Below are positions 49,847-58,614 of a stretch of DNA of 64,000 nt, piece after piece (positions within the stretch are counted from its first letter, which is position 1; the number at the start of each line of letters is the position of its first letter). Made by a program: the position numbers and the translations under genes. The notes beneath the pieces were generated by a model. That model did not search any database. It had not been told where the DNA came from and saw nothing but the letters and a program-made list of their open reading frames with translations. Source of the DNA: an uncultured Bacilli bacterium (lineage in GTDB: Bacteria > Bacillota_I > Bacilli_A > RF39 > UBA660); assembly GCA_947625085.1 (NCBI GenBank), contig CANQMV010000001.1:3722-67721 (forward strand), read 5' to 3'.

Positions 49847-50338
49847 TTAATTTAAATAATCTTTAATTTTTAAATATTCTTTTTTTAAAATTTCTTCAAT
49901 TCCTTTTTTATTATTAGCCGGCGAAGTACTAGGTAACGAAATAACAGTAATTTTAATTTTATTTTTAAAAAATTTTTGATATAGATTATAAGCTTTTTTA
50001 CCAGTTGTAAAGATTACTTTTATTTTAGCAGTTTTTAAAATTGGTGTTAAATCAACAGGAATTGGATTTTTAATTGTTGTATCACTTGAACCTTCTATTT
50101 CACATTGTTCAATAACGTCATAAAGAGCAATATGGTATTTCTTTAAAAAAATTTTTTTCTTTTCAATCGTATTTAAATTTTCTTCATTAAAAATTTCTTC
50201 CATGAGAGACCAAAATCTATTTCTTGGATTAGCGTAATAAAAATTAAGTTCTCGAGATTTGACTGAAGGAATGCTTCCTAAAATTAAAATTTTAGAATCT
50301 TTATCATAAAAAGGTTTAATAGTATGAGTTACAATCAT
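49847..50338 (-). CDS. uracil-DNA glycosylase superfamily protein (Mug/TDG or HDG family-6 like)
   Basis: ILILGSIPSVKS...YYANPRNRFW parallels E. coli Mug VVFCGINPGLSS...FAHPANRFW. The first motif has a non-polar residue (GSIPS). Confidence 0.65.
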   Translation of the reverse strand: MIVTHTIKPFYDKDSKILILGSIPSVKSRELNFYYANPRNRFWSLMEEIFNEENLNTIEKKKIFLKKYHIALYDVIEQCEIEGSSDTTIKNPIPVDLTPILKTAKIKVIFTTGKKAYNLYQKFFKNKIKITVISLPSTSPANNKKGIEEILKKEYLKIKDYLN

Positions 50339-50543
50339 TTAAATCACCAATTTTAGTATAAACATTTTTTTACAAAAAAACAATTGCTAAAAACTAGCAA
50401 AAAAATAAAAGACTTGTTTGAATAATTTATTATTGGTTCGAGGATAATATTACTAGATAGATTTAGAAAAAGATGTAAAGTCTATCTGATAATCTATCTT
50501 GACAATTTATAGATATCATATAACAATGAAAGGAGCAGTTTAT

Positions 50544-51395
50544 ATGAAAAAAAAGATTTTGTCAGGAACACTTTTTTTATTAGCAATATTTGGTTTATTT
50601 TTAGGAACAACTTCTGTAAATGCTCTTACAACTTTTGGTAAAGTTACTGTTCTTAGTGAAGGAACTTCAAGTATTGACAATAATTCAACAGCTAATGTTA
50701 CGGTTAAATATACGTCTGGTAATTTAAAATGGTATCCAAAAGACCCTGATGTAAATAGAAATTTTGATGGATATTGGATTGGTATTCGAATTGATGCTCC
50801 AGAAGGAAGAGCCGAAGGGGCTAAATATCAAAGAGGTGGCGTTAGTGTTAAATTTGATGATGTAAAAGATGGCCAAGATTACGTTAATGCTTGGGTTGGA
50901 GTAACCGAAGAACGTCTTGCGCAAATAAAAGCCGCTGGAACCCCATATACATTAATTGTTTATGATTTTGACTGGGATGCTGATGGAAATTATGATGACC
51001 AAAAAATCACAATTCAAATAGACCCTGACCAAATTTCGCTAGAAAAAATTCCTGAAACTCATGCTAAAGTAACTGTTAATAGTATAGTTGGTAATAGAGT
51101 ATTTACAGTTGAAAAAGGTAAATCACTTAATGAATATTTATCAAAAGAAGAAAAAGAAGCATTAAATGAATTACAAGTTGCACCTAAAGGTAAAAAATTT
51201 ATTGGTTTATTTAAAGGTGAAACTCAGTTTAGTCTTGATGAAAAAATAAATACAGATATTACATTAACAGCTAGATTTGAAGATATAGCAAAAGATGAAT
51301 CTCCAAAACTTGGAGTTACTGATTCTATGCTTTTTGTATCAATTATAACATTACTTTCAATGACAGGTATTATAACTATTAAAAAAATGATATAG
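50544..51395 (+). CDS. secreted cell-wall-anchored protein, candidate class B sortase substrate (SPKLG sorting-like motif)
   Basis: Signal peptide. C-terminal SPKLG plus hydrophobic segment plus KKMI tail. A sortase gene is immediately downstream. Confidence 0.55.
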   Translation: MKKKILSGTLFLLAIFGLFLGTTSVNALTTFGKVTVLSEGTSSIDNNSTANVTVKYTSGNLKWYPKDPDVNRNFDGYWIGIRIDAPEGRAEGAKYQRGGVSVKFDDVKDGQDYVNAWVGVTEERLAQIKAAGTPYTLIVYDFDWDADGNYDDQKITIQIDPDQISLEKIPETHAKVTVNSIVGNRVFTVEKGKSLNEYLSKEEKEALNELQVAPKGKKFIGLFKGETQFSLDEKINTDITLTARFEDIAKDESPKLGVTDSMLFVSIITLLSMTGIITIKKMI

Positions 51396-51524
51396 TAAAA
51401 AAAGTGTTTAAATGAAGTAGTTAAGGTACTACTTCATTTTTAAAATATTAGGAGTTAGTCTGAAAAATAATTATTTTCATAACTATGTGTGTCTTGAATG
51501 AAGTGAAAGGAATGTGTTGTTAAA

Positions 51525-52307
51525 ATGAAAAAGAAAAAGAAAAAAAATAATCATAAAGTTCTTAAATTAATTGCTTTAAGTATTTTAACAATTATTTTTG
51601 TATTAGGAAGTAGTTATATAATTTATATTATGGCAGGCCGAATTAAAGCTTTAAAAATAAATTCCAATATTTTAGACCAAGTAAAAATCAGTGAATCTGA
51701 AATAAAAGAATCTAAAAAAGCTAAATTAATCTTACAATTAGAAGAATTGAAAAAAGAAAATAATGATATTGTTGGATGGATAGAAATTAAAGATACAAAT
51801 ATAAATTTTCCGGTTTTACAAACAGATAACAATGATTATTATTTAAATCATAGTTATAAAAAGGAGTATTCAGAGGTTGGTAGTATTTATTTAGATAAAG
51901 ATGTGAATTTAGATACTAGTTCTAATTATTTAGTTTATGGACATCGAACTAAAACTAAACTTATGTTTGAAGATTTACTTAAATATGCTAATGAAGATTT
52001 TTACTTAAGTCATAAAGAAATTAAATTTACAACTTTAAAAGAAGTTGCAACTTATGAAATATTGGCAGTTTTTTATTCAGAAATTTATAATAAAACTGAT
52101 GAAAATGTTTTTCGTTATTATTATTTTATTAATGCTTTAAATGAAGAAGAATATAATGATTTTGTTAATAATGCTAAAAAACTAAGTATCTATGAAACCG
52201 GAGTAACAGCTAGTTATAATGACCAATTATTAACGCTTTCAACTTGTGAATATTCTAAGCCCAATGGAAGGTTTGTTGTAGTTGCTAAAAAAGTCTTAAG
52301 TAATTAA
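51525..52307 (+). CDS. srtB: class B sortase
   Basis: N-terminal TM. Conserved His (YGH) and catalytic LTLSTCEY. N-terminal block IVGWIEIKDTNINFPV. Confidence 0.85.
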   Translation: MKKKKKKNNHKVLKLIALSILTIIFVLGSSYIIYIMAGRIKALKINSNILDQVKISESEIKESKKAKLILQLEELKKENNDIVGWIEIKDTNINFPVLQTDNNDYYLNHSYKKEYSEVGSIYLDKDVNLDTSSNYLVYGHRTKTKLMFEDLLKYANEDFYLSHKEIKFTTLKEVATYEILAVFYSEIYNKTDENVFRYYYFINALNEEEYNDFVNNAKKLSIYETGVTASYNDQLLTLSTCEYSKPNGRFVVVAKKVLSN

Positions 52308-52417
52308 TTTATAAAATTGAATAGACCATGGTCTATTTTTTTGTTGTAATAATATTAAAATTTGATTGACTTATAATAAATATTAAATATAATATAATTT
52401 GTAGTCTGTTAATCAAT

Positions 52418-52492
52418 GTTCTCATCGTATAATGGATAGTACAAATCCCTCCGAAGGATTAAATGTAGGTTCGATTCCTACTGAGAACACCA
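52418..52492 (+). tRNA. tRNA-Arg (anticodon CCG)
   Basis: GTTCTCATCGTATAATGGATAGTACAAATCCCTCCGAAGGATTAAATGTAGGTTCGATTCCTACTGAGAACACCA. Anticodon loop CTCCGAA. Confidence 0.9.
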
Positions 52493-52639
52493 AATAAAAT
52501 AAAAATAAAATTATAAAAATAAAATTCTTGAATTGTTAATTAAAAAGGCAAGGTTACTTTTAAAAATTCGTGATGTTAATCATTAGTTAAAATGATACCA
52601 TTTTTAAAAATTCGTGATTGACATTAAAATACTCGTATG

Positions 52640-52762
52640 TTAAGCTATCTCTACCGGAGGATTTTCCTTGTCAGGTCGATAGTTAGGATTTGATCGAAAG
52701 ATTAAGTGTACTGTTTGGTGCATCAACCTAATTGGGGAAGGACGTAAAGTCCTTTTTCTATG
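52640..52762 (+). ncRNA. candidate small structured RNA ending in an intrinsic terminator (GGACGTAAAGTCC plus T5)
   Basis: Relatively GC-rich segment with local hairpins (TCGAT...ATCGA, C-GAAA-G). Not followed by a + strand gene. A 17-mer TTTTAAAAATTCGTGAT is duplicated upstream at 52558 and 52604. Confidence 0.3.
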
Positions 52763-53516
52763 GCAAAAAAATCTTATAATCTAAAAAAGCTAAATTTTTT
52801 AATAAATTACTATCTTCGTTTAACTTAAAAGTTAAAAAATTAGTATCAAGAGTTTTTCTTCTTACAGTTCCAGCTACTAAATCAGCTGCTTGAACAACAT
52901 AACTATGATTTGATTTCTGATAAGTTAAATCAATTTCTAAATCATTAAATAAAATAGGTTCATAAGAAGTTCCATAATTAAAATTGGTTATTCCATGTTT
53001 CAATTCTTCAAAAAGACCATTTCGTAAATTATAATAACCATTACTTTTAGTCGATTGTTCATCAATGTTTAAAACTAATTTAACCTTTTTATAAGGATTC
53101 ATCTTTTTCTTTTCAATTAAATTAGTGATTACTTCTTTAATAAATCTTCGAATTGCATAGTCAGTGTATCGACCTTTAGAAGCTTTATCATTTATAATAT
53201 ATGGATAAATTTTTTTATTTTCAATAATACAAGCTATTACAAAATATTTTTTTATATAATTAATAATTCTTCTTTTATCGTTTTTAGATAAATTGTTATG
53301 TTTTAATTCTGGGCAATTATTTTTACAAATTTTATTTTGACAATAATTGCATTTAATACTATCAACTATACTTCTATATTGAGTAATAAACTTGTCTTTT
53401 TCTTCTTTACTTAAAAAAACAACTCCACCTAAAACTAAAATTTCTTCATTAGTTGATAATTTTCCGGAATCATCTAAATTTATATATAGGGTTTGAACAA
53501 ATTCTTTTTCTTGCAT
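52758..53516 (-). CDS. DUF3800-like protein
   Basis: N-terminal LYINLDDSGK and C-terminal VVQAADLVAG resemble the DUF3800 signature blocks. RBS AAGAAAGGAC. Confidence 0.5.
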   Translation of the reverse strand: MQEKEFVQTLYINLDDSGKLSTNEEILVLGGVVFLSKEEKDKFITQYRSIVDSIKCNYCQNKICKNNCPELKHNNLSKNDKRRIINYIKKYFVIACIIENKKIYPYIINDKASKGRYTDYAIRRFIKEVITNLIEKKKMNPYKKVKLVLNIDEQSTKSNGYYNLRNGLFEELKHGITNFNYGTSYEPILFNDLEIDLTYQKSNHSYVVQAADLVAGTVRRKTLDTNFLTFKLNEDSNLLKNLAFLDYKIFLP

Positions 53517-53644
53517 TAATAGTCCTTTCTTAAAATAGTAATAATTATTATATATAATTTTTTTTAAAATTCAACTTTTTTCTAATTAAAATAAAAAAAT
53601 ATTAAAAACTAAGTAATTGTGTTATACTAATATTACAAGGAGAA

Positions 53645-54520
53645 ATGAATATGAAAAGTAAAGTTTATTTTACAAAGGATTTAACAAGTGATGGATTATT
53701 AAAAATTTATCGAGCTTTAAATCCAAATTTACAAGGTAAAGTTGGGGTAAAAATTCATTCAGGAGAAGCTGGTAATCAAAATTACTTACGACCAGATTTT
53801 ATGAAAGAGTTAGTGGATTTGGTTAATGGAACCATTATTGAATGTAATACGGCTTATGATGGGGAGAGAAATGAAACGGTTAAACATCAAAAACTTATGG
53901 AAAGCCATGAATGGACAAAATATTTTAAGGTTGATATTTTAGATAGTGAAGGAGAATTAGAACTACCTGTAAAAAATGGTAAGTATTTAAAAACTAATTA
54001 TGTTGGTGCTAAACTTGCTAATTATGATTCTATTTTAGTATTGTCACATTTTAAAGGTCATCCGATGGGTGGCTTTGGTGGAGCTTTGAAAAATATTTCA
54101 ATTGGCTTAGCCTCAAGTCATGGTAAAGCGGTAATTCATGGAGCGGGAGAAGCCGAGAAAATTTGGAGTTCTAATCATGATTCTTTTTTAGAATCAATGG
54201 CTGAAGCTGCTAGTAGTGTAATGGATTATGAAAAATCTAATATTGCTTTTATAAATGTTATGAAAAATATGTCAGTTGACTGTGATTGTTGCAGTGTGGC
54301 TGCTGACCCTAAAATAAAGGATATTGGAATTTTAGCATCCCTTGACCCAGTTGCATTAGATAAGGCTTGTCTTGATTTAGTTTATAATTCTAATGACCCA
54401 GGTAAAGCTGATTTAATTGAAAGAATAGAATCTCGAAATGGAACTTTAACTGTTACAAAAGCAGCAGAACTTGGAGTCGGTGTTCTTGAATATGAATTAA
54501 TAGATATTGATAAAAACTAA
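53645..54520 (+). CDS. DUF362 domain protein
   Basis: KVYFT...GKVGVKIHSGEAGNQNYLRPDFMKELV matches the DUF362 N-terminal consensus. C-terminal CDCC cluster. Confidence 0.7.
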   Translation: MNMKSKVYFTKDLTSDGLLKIYRALNPNLQGKVGVKIHSGEAGNQNYLRPDFMKELVDLVNGTIIECNTAYDGERNETVKHQKLMESHEWTKYFKVDILDSEGELELPVKNGKYLKTNYVGAKLANYDSILVLSHFKGHPMGGFGGALKNISIGLASSHGKAVIHGAGEAEKIWSSNHDSFLESMAEAASSVMDYEKSNIAFINVMKNMSVDCDCCSVAADPKIKDIGILASLDPVALDKACLDLVYNSNDPGKADLIERIESRNGTLTVTKAAELGVGVLEYELIDIDKN

Positions 54521-54561
54521 AAAATTGCTAGCAATAATGTTAGCAATTTTCTTTTTGAAAA

Positions 54562-55404
54562 TTATAAATTTTCTAAATCTTTAATATAGTTTAATAAATC
54601 ATTACGATATTTTTTATTATTTAATCCAAAATATATATTGGCTTTTAAAAAGCCTAATTTACTTCCAATGTCAAAAGTAATTTCATTATAAAGTAATATT
54701 CTAATTTCCTTATAACAATTTAAAACAGCTTTTGGTAATTGTAACTCTCCATTATAATATTTTAAACTTTTTTTAATTTCAAAAATTTTGGTATCAAGAA
54801 TAAATCTTCCTTGAATAACATCATGACTTGGTAATTTTTCTGTTTTATAAACAATATCGTCTATAATATTATCGTTTTTATATTTAATAATTCCAAAGTG
54901 TGGTAATTCATTATCAGGTAAAGTTCTAGCAGACATTATCATACTATTTGTTTTTTCAGATAATTCAATCATTCTTTTTAAAATAGGTGGGTCGGAAATA
55001 ACTAAATCATCGCCATACATGACGGCAAAAGTTTCATTTTGAAAAAATTTACGAGCTGAGTATAAAGCTCCATAAGTTCCTTTTTCTTTTTGTAATACAT
55101 AATGAAAAGTCATATTTTTAGTAATTTTCTCAATATCTTCAAGTAATTCTAATTTTTCTTGATTATTTTTAACTTGTTCTTTTAATTTAGTATCATTTTT
55201 GAAAAAATGTTTTAGTAAATTAATGTTTTTTGGAGAAACCACAAATATTATTTCTTTAATACCACTTAAATAGGCTTCTTTGACTTGATAAAAAATAGTT
55301 GGAGTATCAATAATTGGTAACATTTCTTTAGTAACACTTTTAGTAATTGGTAAAAGTCTTGTTCCCATTCCACCAATTACAATCACACATTTTTTTATTT
55401 TCAT
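54562..55404 (-). CDS. galU: sugar-1-phosphate nucleotidyltransferase (UTP-glucose-1-phosphate uridylyltransferase-like)
   Basis: GGMGTRLLPITK nucleotide-binding motif. RBS AAGAGGTG before ATG. Confidence 0.75.
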   Translation of the reverse strand: MKIKKCVIVIGGMGTRLLPITKSVTKEMLPIIDTPTIFYQVKEAYLSGIKEIIFVVSPKNINLLKHFFKNDTKLKEQVKNNQEKLELLEDIEKITKNMTFHYVLQKEKGTYGALYSARKFFQNETFAVMYGDDLVISDPPILKRMIELSEKTNSMIMSARTLPDNELPHFGIIKYKNDNIIDDIVYKTEKLPSHDVIQGRFILDTKIFEIKKSLKYYNGELQLPKAVLNCYKEIRILLYNEITFDIGSKLGFLKANIYFGLNNKKYRNDLLNYIKDLENL

Positions 55405-55898
55405 AAGCACCTCTTTTTAATTATAATATAAAATTAAAACTTATAAAAGTTACAGAAGTAATTTTATTATCAAAGAAGCAAATTTATTATAAGAATGAGT
55501 AAATTTATTATAAGAAAATATGTTTAAAATTATCAAAATTAACTTCGATTAAATGGAATAGAAAATGTCGAATATTTCGAAACCCTTAATAATTGGGAAA
55601 TTTCAAAAAAGATAAATATGTAAACTAAATAAAAATAATTTATTAAAGTAATTTAAAAATTAACTTTATTATTTAAAAAGAAATGTTTATTTTAAGCATA
55701 TTTTACTTATTAAAATTGTTGATTAATTTGTCGAATATTTTGTTTAGTATATAGAATTTAGAATGATTAAGTATAGATATTAAAAAAATATCATTATTTA
55801 AATAAAAGAATTGAAAACGGCTTACCTTTAATAATTTACTAATTTTACTAATTTACATCTTAAACTATAAATGATATACTTACAATAGGAGATGAAAT

Positions 55899-56489
55899 AT
55901 GATGAAATTAATAAGAAAATATATTAATGAAATTAGTCTTTATACTTTAATTATTCTTTTGTACGTGATTGAATTTTATATTTATCGTTGTATTTATTTT
56001 ACAGTAGGAGTAAATATTAATTATAACTTAGTTTCCTCATTAGTAATTATTTCTTTAGCTTTAATAATTTTCAATTTTATAATTTCATTAATTGATGTTA
56101 AGAAAAAAAAGTCTAAAGAGGATTTAAAAAGGAGAATTGATTTAGTTTTTAAAAGTAAGATTTTTTTAATTCCTTTTTATATTTGGAATTTGTATTTGTT
56201 AATTGCAATTAGTTTAAAATTTATAGTTTTACCTGGAGTGGATTTATTTTTATTTATTCCATTTGTATCAGTTGTTTGGAGTTATGGAATAATGCTTACA
56301 ACCTCAATTCCAGGAGTAATCTCAATTTTAACTTTTTATAAGGGAAAAAAGAATAGTTTGCCATTGGAAACTCTTTACATAATTTTACAATTTATTTTAG
56401 GAATTGACATAATTTCTTATATAGTATTTTACATCATAAATAGTAAATCTTTAAAACCAAAAGAGAAAATTGTTAAAGTAAAATATTAA
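55899..56489 (+). CDS. hypothetical polytopic membrane protein
   Basis: Five or six hydrophobic helices. RBS TAGGAGATG. Confidence 0.5.
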   Translation: MMKLIRKYINEISLYTLIILLYVIEFYIYRCIYFTVGVNINYNLVSSLVIISLALIIFNFIISLIDVKKKKSKEDLKRRIDLVFKSKIFLIPFYIWNLYLLIAISLKFIVLPGVDLFLFIPFVSVVWSYGIMLTTSIPGVISILTFYKGKKNSLPLETLYIILQFILGIDIISYIVFYIINSKSLKPKEKIVKVKY

Positions 56490-56528
56490 CTTTAAAATTA
56501 TAGATAAATTATAATATTTTGCAATTTA

Positions 56529-56561
56529 GAATTAGAAATTAAAAATCTAATTCTTTTTTTT
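56529..56561 (+). terminator. rho-independent terminator (GAATTAGA/TCTAATTC plus T8)
   Basis: 8-bp stem, 9-nt loop, TTTTTTTT. Confidence 0.7.
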
Positions 56562-56589
56562 GTATAAATTTACCAGATTAGCAAATAAT

Positions 56590-57048
56590 ATGAATGGTGA
56601 TAATGTGGAAAAAAAATTATATAACAAATTAGTTATGAATCATAAACCTAAGGAAAAACGAGGGCAGAATGCGTTTATTGCCTTTGTTGTTGGAGGGTTA
56701 ATGGGGGTAATTGGCCAACTTTTAGTGGAATTTTATTCTTATTATTTAGATATTTCTTCAAGTGATGCTTCAGTTTTTATGATAGTAACGCTTATTTTCT
56801 TTGCAAGTTTATTTACTGCTTTAGGATTTTTTGATAAATGGGTTAATTTTGCAAGGTGTGGGCTTATTATTCCAATTACTGGATTTGCCCATTCGATGAC
56901 AAGTGCTGCTATTGAATACAAAAAAGAAGGTTTTGTAACTGGGCTTGGAGCTAATATGTTTAAGTTAGCTGGGACTGTTATATTATATGGAGTAGTTTCG
57001 GCTTATATCTTTGGATTTATAAGACTTATTATTATGGGAGGCGCTTAA
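56590..57048 (+). CDS. spoVAC: stage V sporulation protein AC
   Basis: NKLVMNHKPKEKRGQNAFIAFVVGG aligns with the B. subtilis SpoVAC N-terminus. IPITGFAHS block. Confidence 0.75.
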   Translation: MNGDNVEKKLYNKLVMNHKPKEKRGQNAFIAFVVGGLMGVIGQLLVEFYSYYLDISSSDASVFMIVTLIFFASLFTALGFFDKWVNFARCGLIIPITGFAHSMTSAAIEYKKEGFVTGLGANMFKLAGTVILYGVVSAYIFGFIRLIIMGGA

Positions 57049-57049
57049 T

Positions 57050-58045
57050 ATGACAACTAAATATAAGAATGTTTATATAAATGATGTTGCAACAGTTGTT
57101 GGACCTTATGAATATAAAGGACCTTTGTCTAAGCGATTTGATAAACATTATGAAGATATGTATTTTGGATGTGATAGTTTAGAATGTGCTGAAGTAAAAC
57201 TTATGAGTGATAGTATTGATTTAGTTTTAAAAAAGGCTAAACAGGAAAAAAGTGATGTTGACCTTTTTATAGCCGGCGATTTGCAAAATCAAATTACTGC
57301 TAGTTGTTATACTGCTTTAAAATTAGAACGACCTTTTTTAGGAATTTATAGTGCTTGTGCTACCAATACAGAAGGTTTACTACTTGGGGCTAACTTTATT
57401 GAAAGTAAAATGGCTGACAATGTTTTAGTTTCAGTTAGTAGTCATAATATGGTATCAGAGAAACAATTTCGAAATCCTACGGAATATGGGGGACCAAAGC
57501 CAGGGACTGCTACATTTACAGCAACTGGTGGAGCAAGTTGTTTATTAACAAATAAAAAGGGAAAAGTTAAAATTGAAAGTTCAACTATTGGTATACCTAT
57601 TGACATGGCTCAAACTGACCCTTTACATATGGGAAGTGTTATGGCTCCGGCGGCTGCTTATACTATAAATAAACATTTAAGTGATTTAGATAGGACTGTT
57701 GATGATTATGATTTAATTTTAACAGGCGATTTAGGTATTTTTGGAAAAGAAATATTAAGAGATTATATTAAAAGTGAGTATAGCATTGATTTAAAAGATA
57801 AATATAATGATTGTGGTGTAATGCTTTATGATTTAAAAAAACAAAAGGAAGTTCAAGCAGGTGGTTCAGGTCCGGTTTGTAGTGCGTTAGTTGTTTATTC
57901 AGATATTATTAAAAAACTTGAAGAAGGACAATTGAAACGAGTTTTATATGTTGCAACAGGGGCTTTATTTAATCCAACAATGGTTTTTCAAAAAGAAAAT
58001 ATTTTAAGTATTGCTCATGCAATTAGTTTGGAGAGTGTTCTATGA
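57050..58045 (+). CDS. spoVAD: stage V sporulation protein AD
   Basis: Size (331 aa) and thiolase-like fold blocks. Position between spoVAC and spoVAEB. RBS GGAGG. Confidence 0.75.
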   Translation: MTTKYKNVYINDVATVVGPYEYKGPLSKRFDKHYEDMYFGCDSLECAEVKLMSDSIDLVLKKAKQEKSDVDLFIAGDLQNQITASCYTALKLERPFLGIYSACATNTEGLLLGANFIESKMADNVLVSVSSHNMVSEKQFRNPTEYGGPKPGTATFTATGGASCLLTNKKGKVKIESSTIGIPIDMAQTDPLHMGSVMAPAAAYTINKHLSDLDRTVDDYDLILTGDLGIFGKEILRDYIKSEYSIDLKDKYNDCGVMLYDLKKQKEVQAGGSGPVCSALVVYSDIIKKLEEGQLKRVLYVATGALFNPTMVFQKENILSIAHAISLESVL

Positions 58046-58392
58046 TTTATATTTATTCATTTTTATTTGCTGGATTTGTTTGTTTAATTGCTCAGTTAAT
58101 TCTTGATAATACTAAACTAACTCCTGGGCATATTACTAGTATGTTTGTAATAATTGGTTCAGCTCTTGATATTTTTAATATTTATGATTTAATTGTTGCT
58201 CATGTTGGAGCTGGAGCTTTAGTTCCAATTACTTCATTTGGTCATTTATTAATTCATGGAGGGTTAGTTCGGGCAAGTGAAGTTGGTTATATGGGACTTG
58301 CAATGGGAGTATTTGATTTAACTGCTTCTGGTATAACTTCAGCAATTTTCTTTGCCTTTATCTTTTCTTTATTCTTTAGACCAAAAGATTAA
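58042..58392 (+). CDS. spoVAEB: stage V sporulation protein AE (SpoVAEB)
   Basis: 116-aa membrane protein with VPITSFGH block. Overlaps the spoVAD stop. Confidence 0.75.
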   Translation: MIYIYSFLFAGFVCLIAQLILDNTKLTPGHITSMFVIIGSALDIFNIYDLIVAHVGAGALVPITSFGHLLIHGGLVRASEVGYMGLAMGVFDLTASGITSAIFFAFIFSLFFRPKD

Positions 58393-58614
58393 TTTGTTTT
58401 TTACATTTAAAAAACAGAGTTTGAAATAAAAAAATTTTCAAGCTTTGTTTTATTTTTATATAAAAAATACATTATTTTTAATAATATAGTGTATATTTTA
58501 ATATTAGGAAAGTTTTCTAAAATTTAATACAATTTATAATTGACAATAATTACTCTTTTGTTATAATATTAAAAAGCAACAGAGATAATTTATAAAAAAA
58601 TTGGAGAGTGTTTT

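Noticed and set aside
52640-52762. Possible SRP (4.5S/scRNA) identity for the candidate sRNA
   Set aside because: Only an 8-mer GUCAGGUC matches domain IV. The conserved GGAA tetraloop and AGCAGC strand are absent. Calling it SRP RNA is not supportable by eye.
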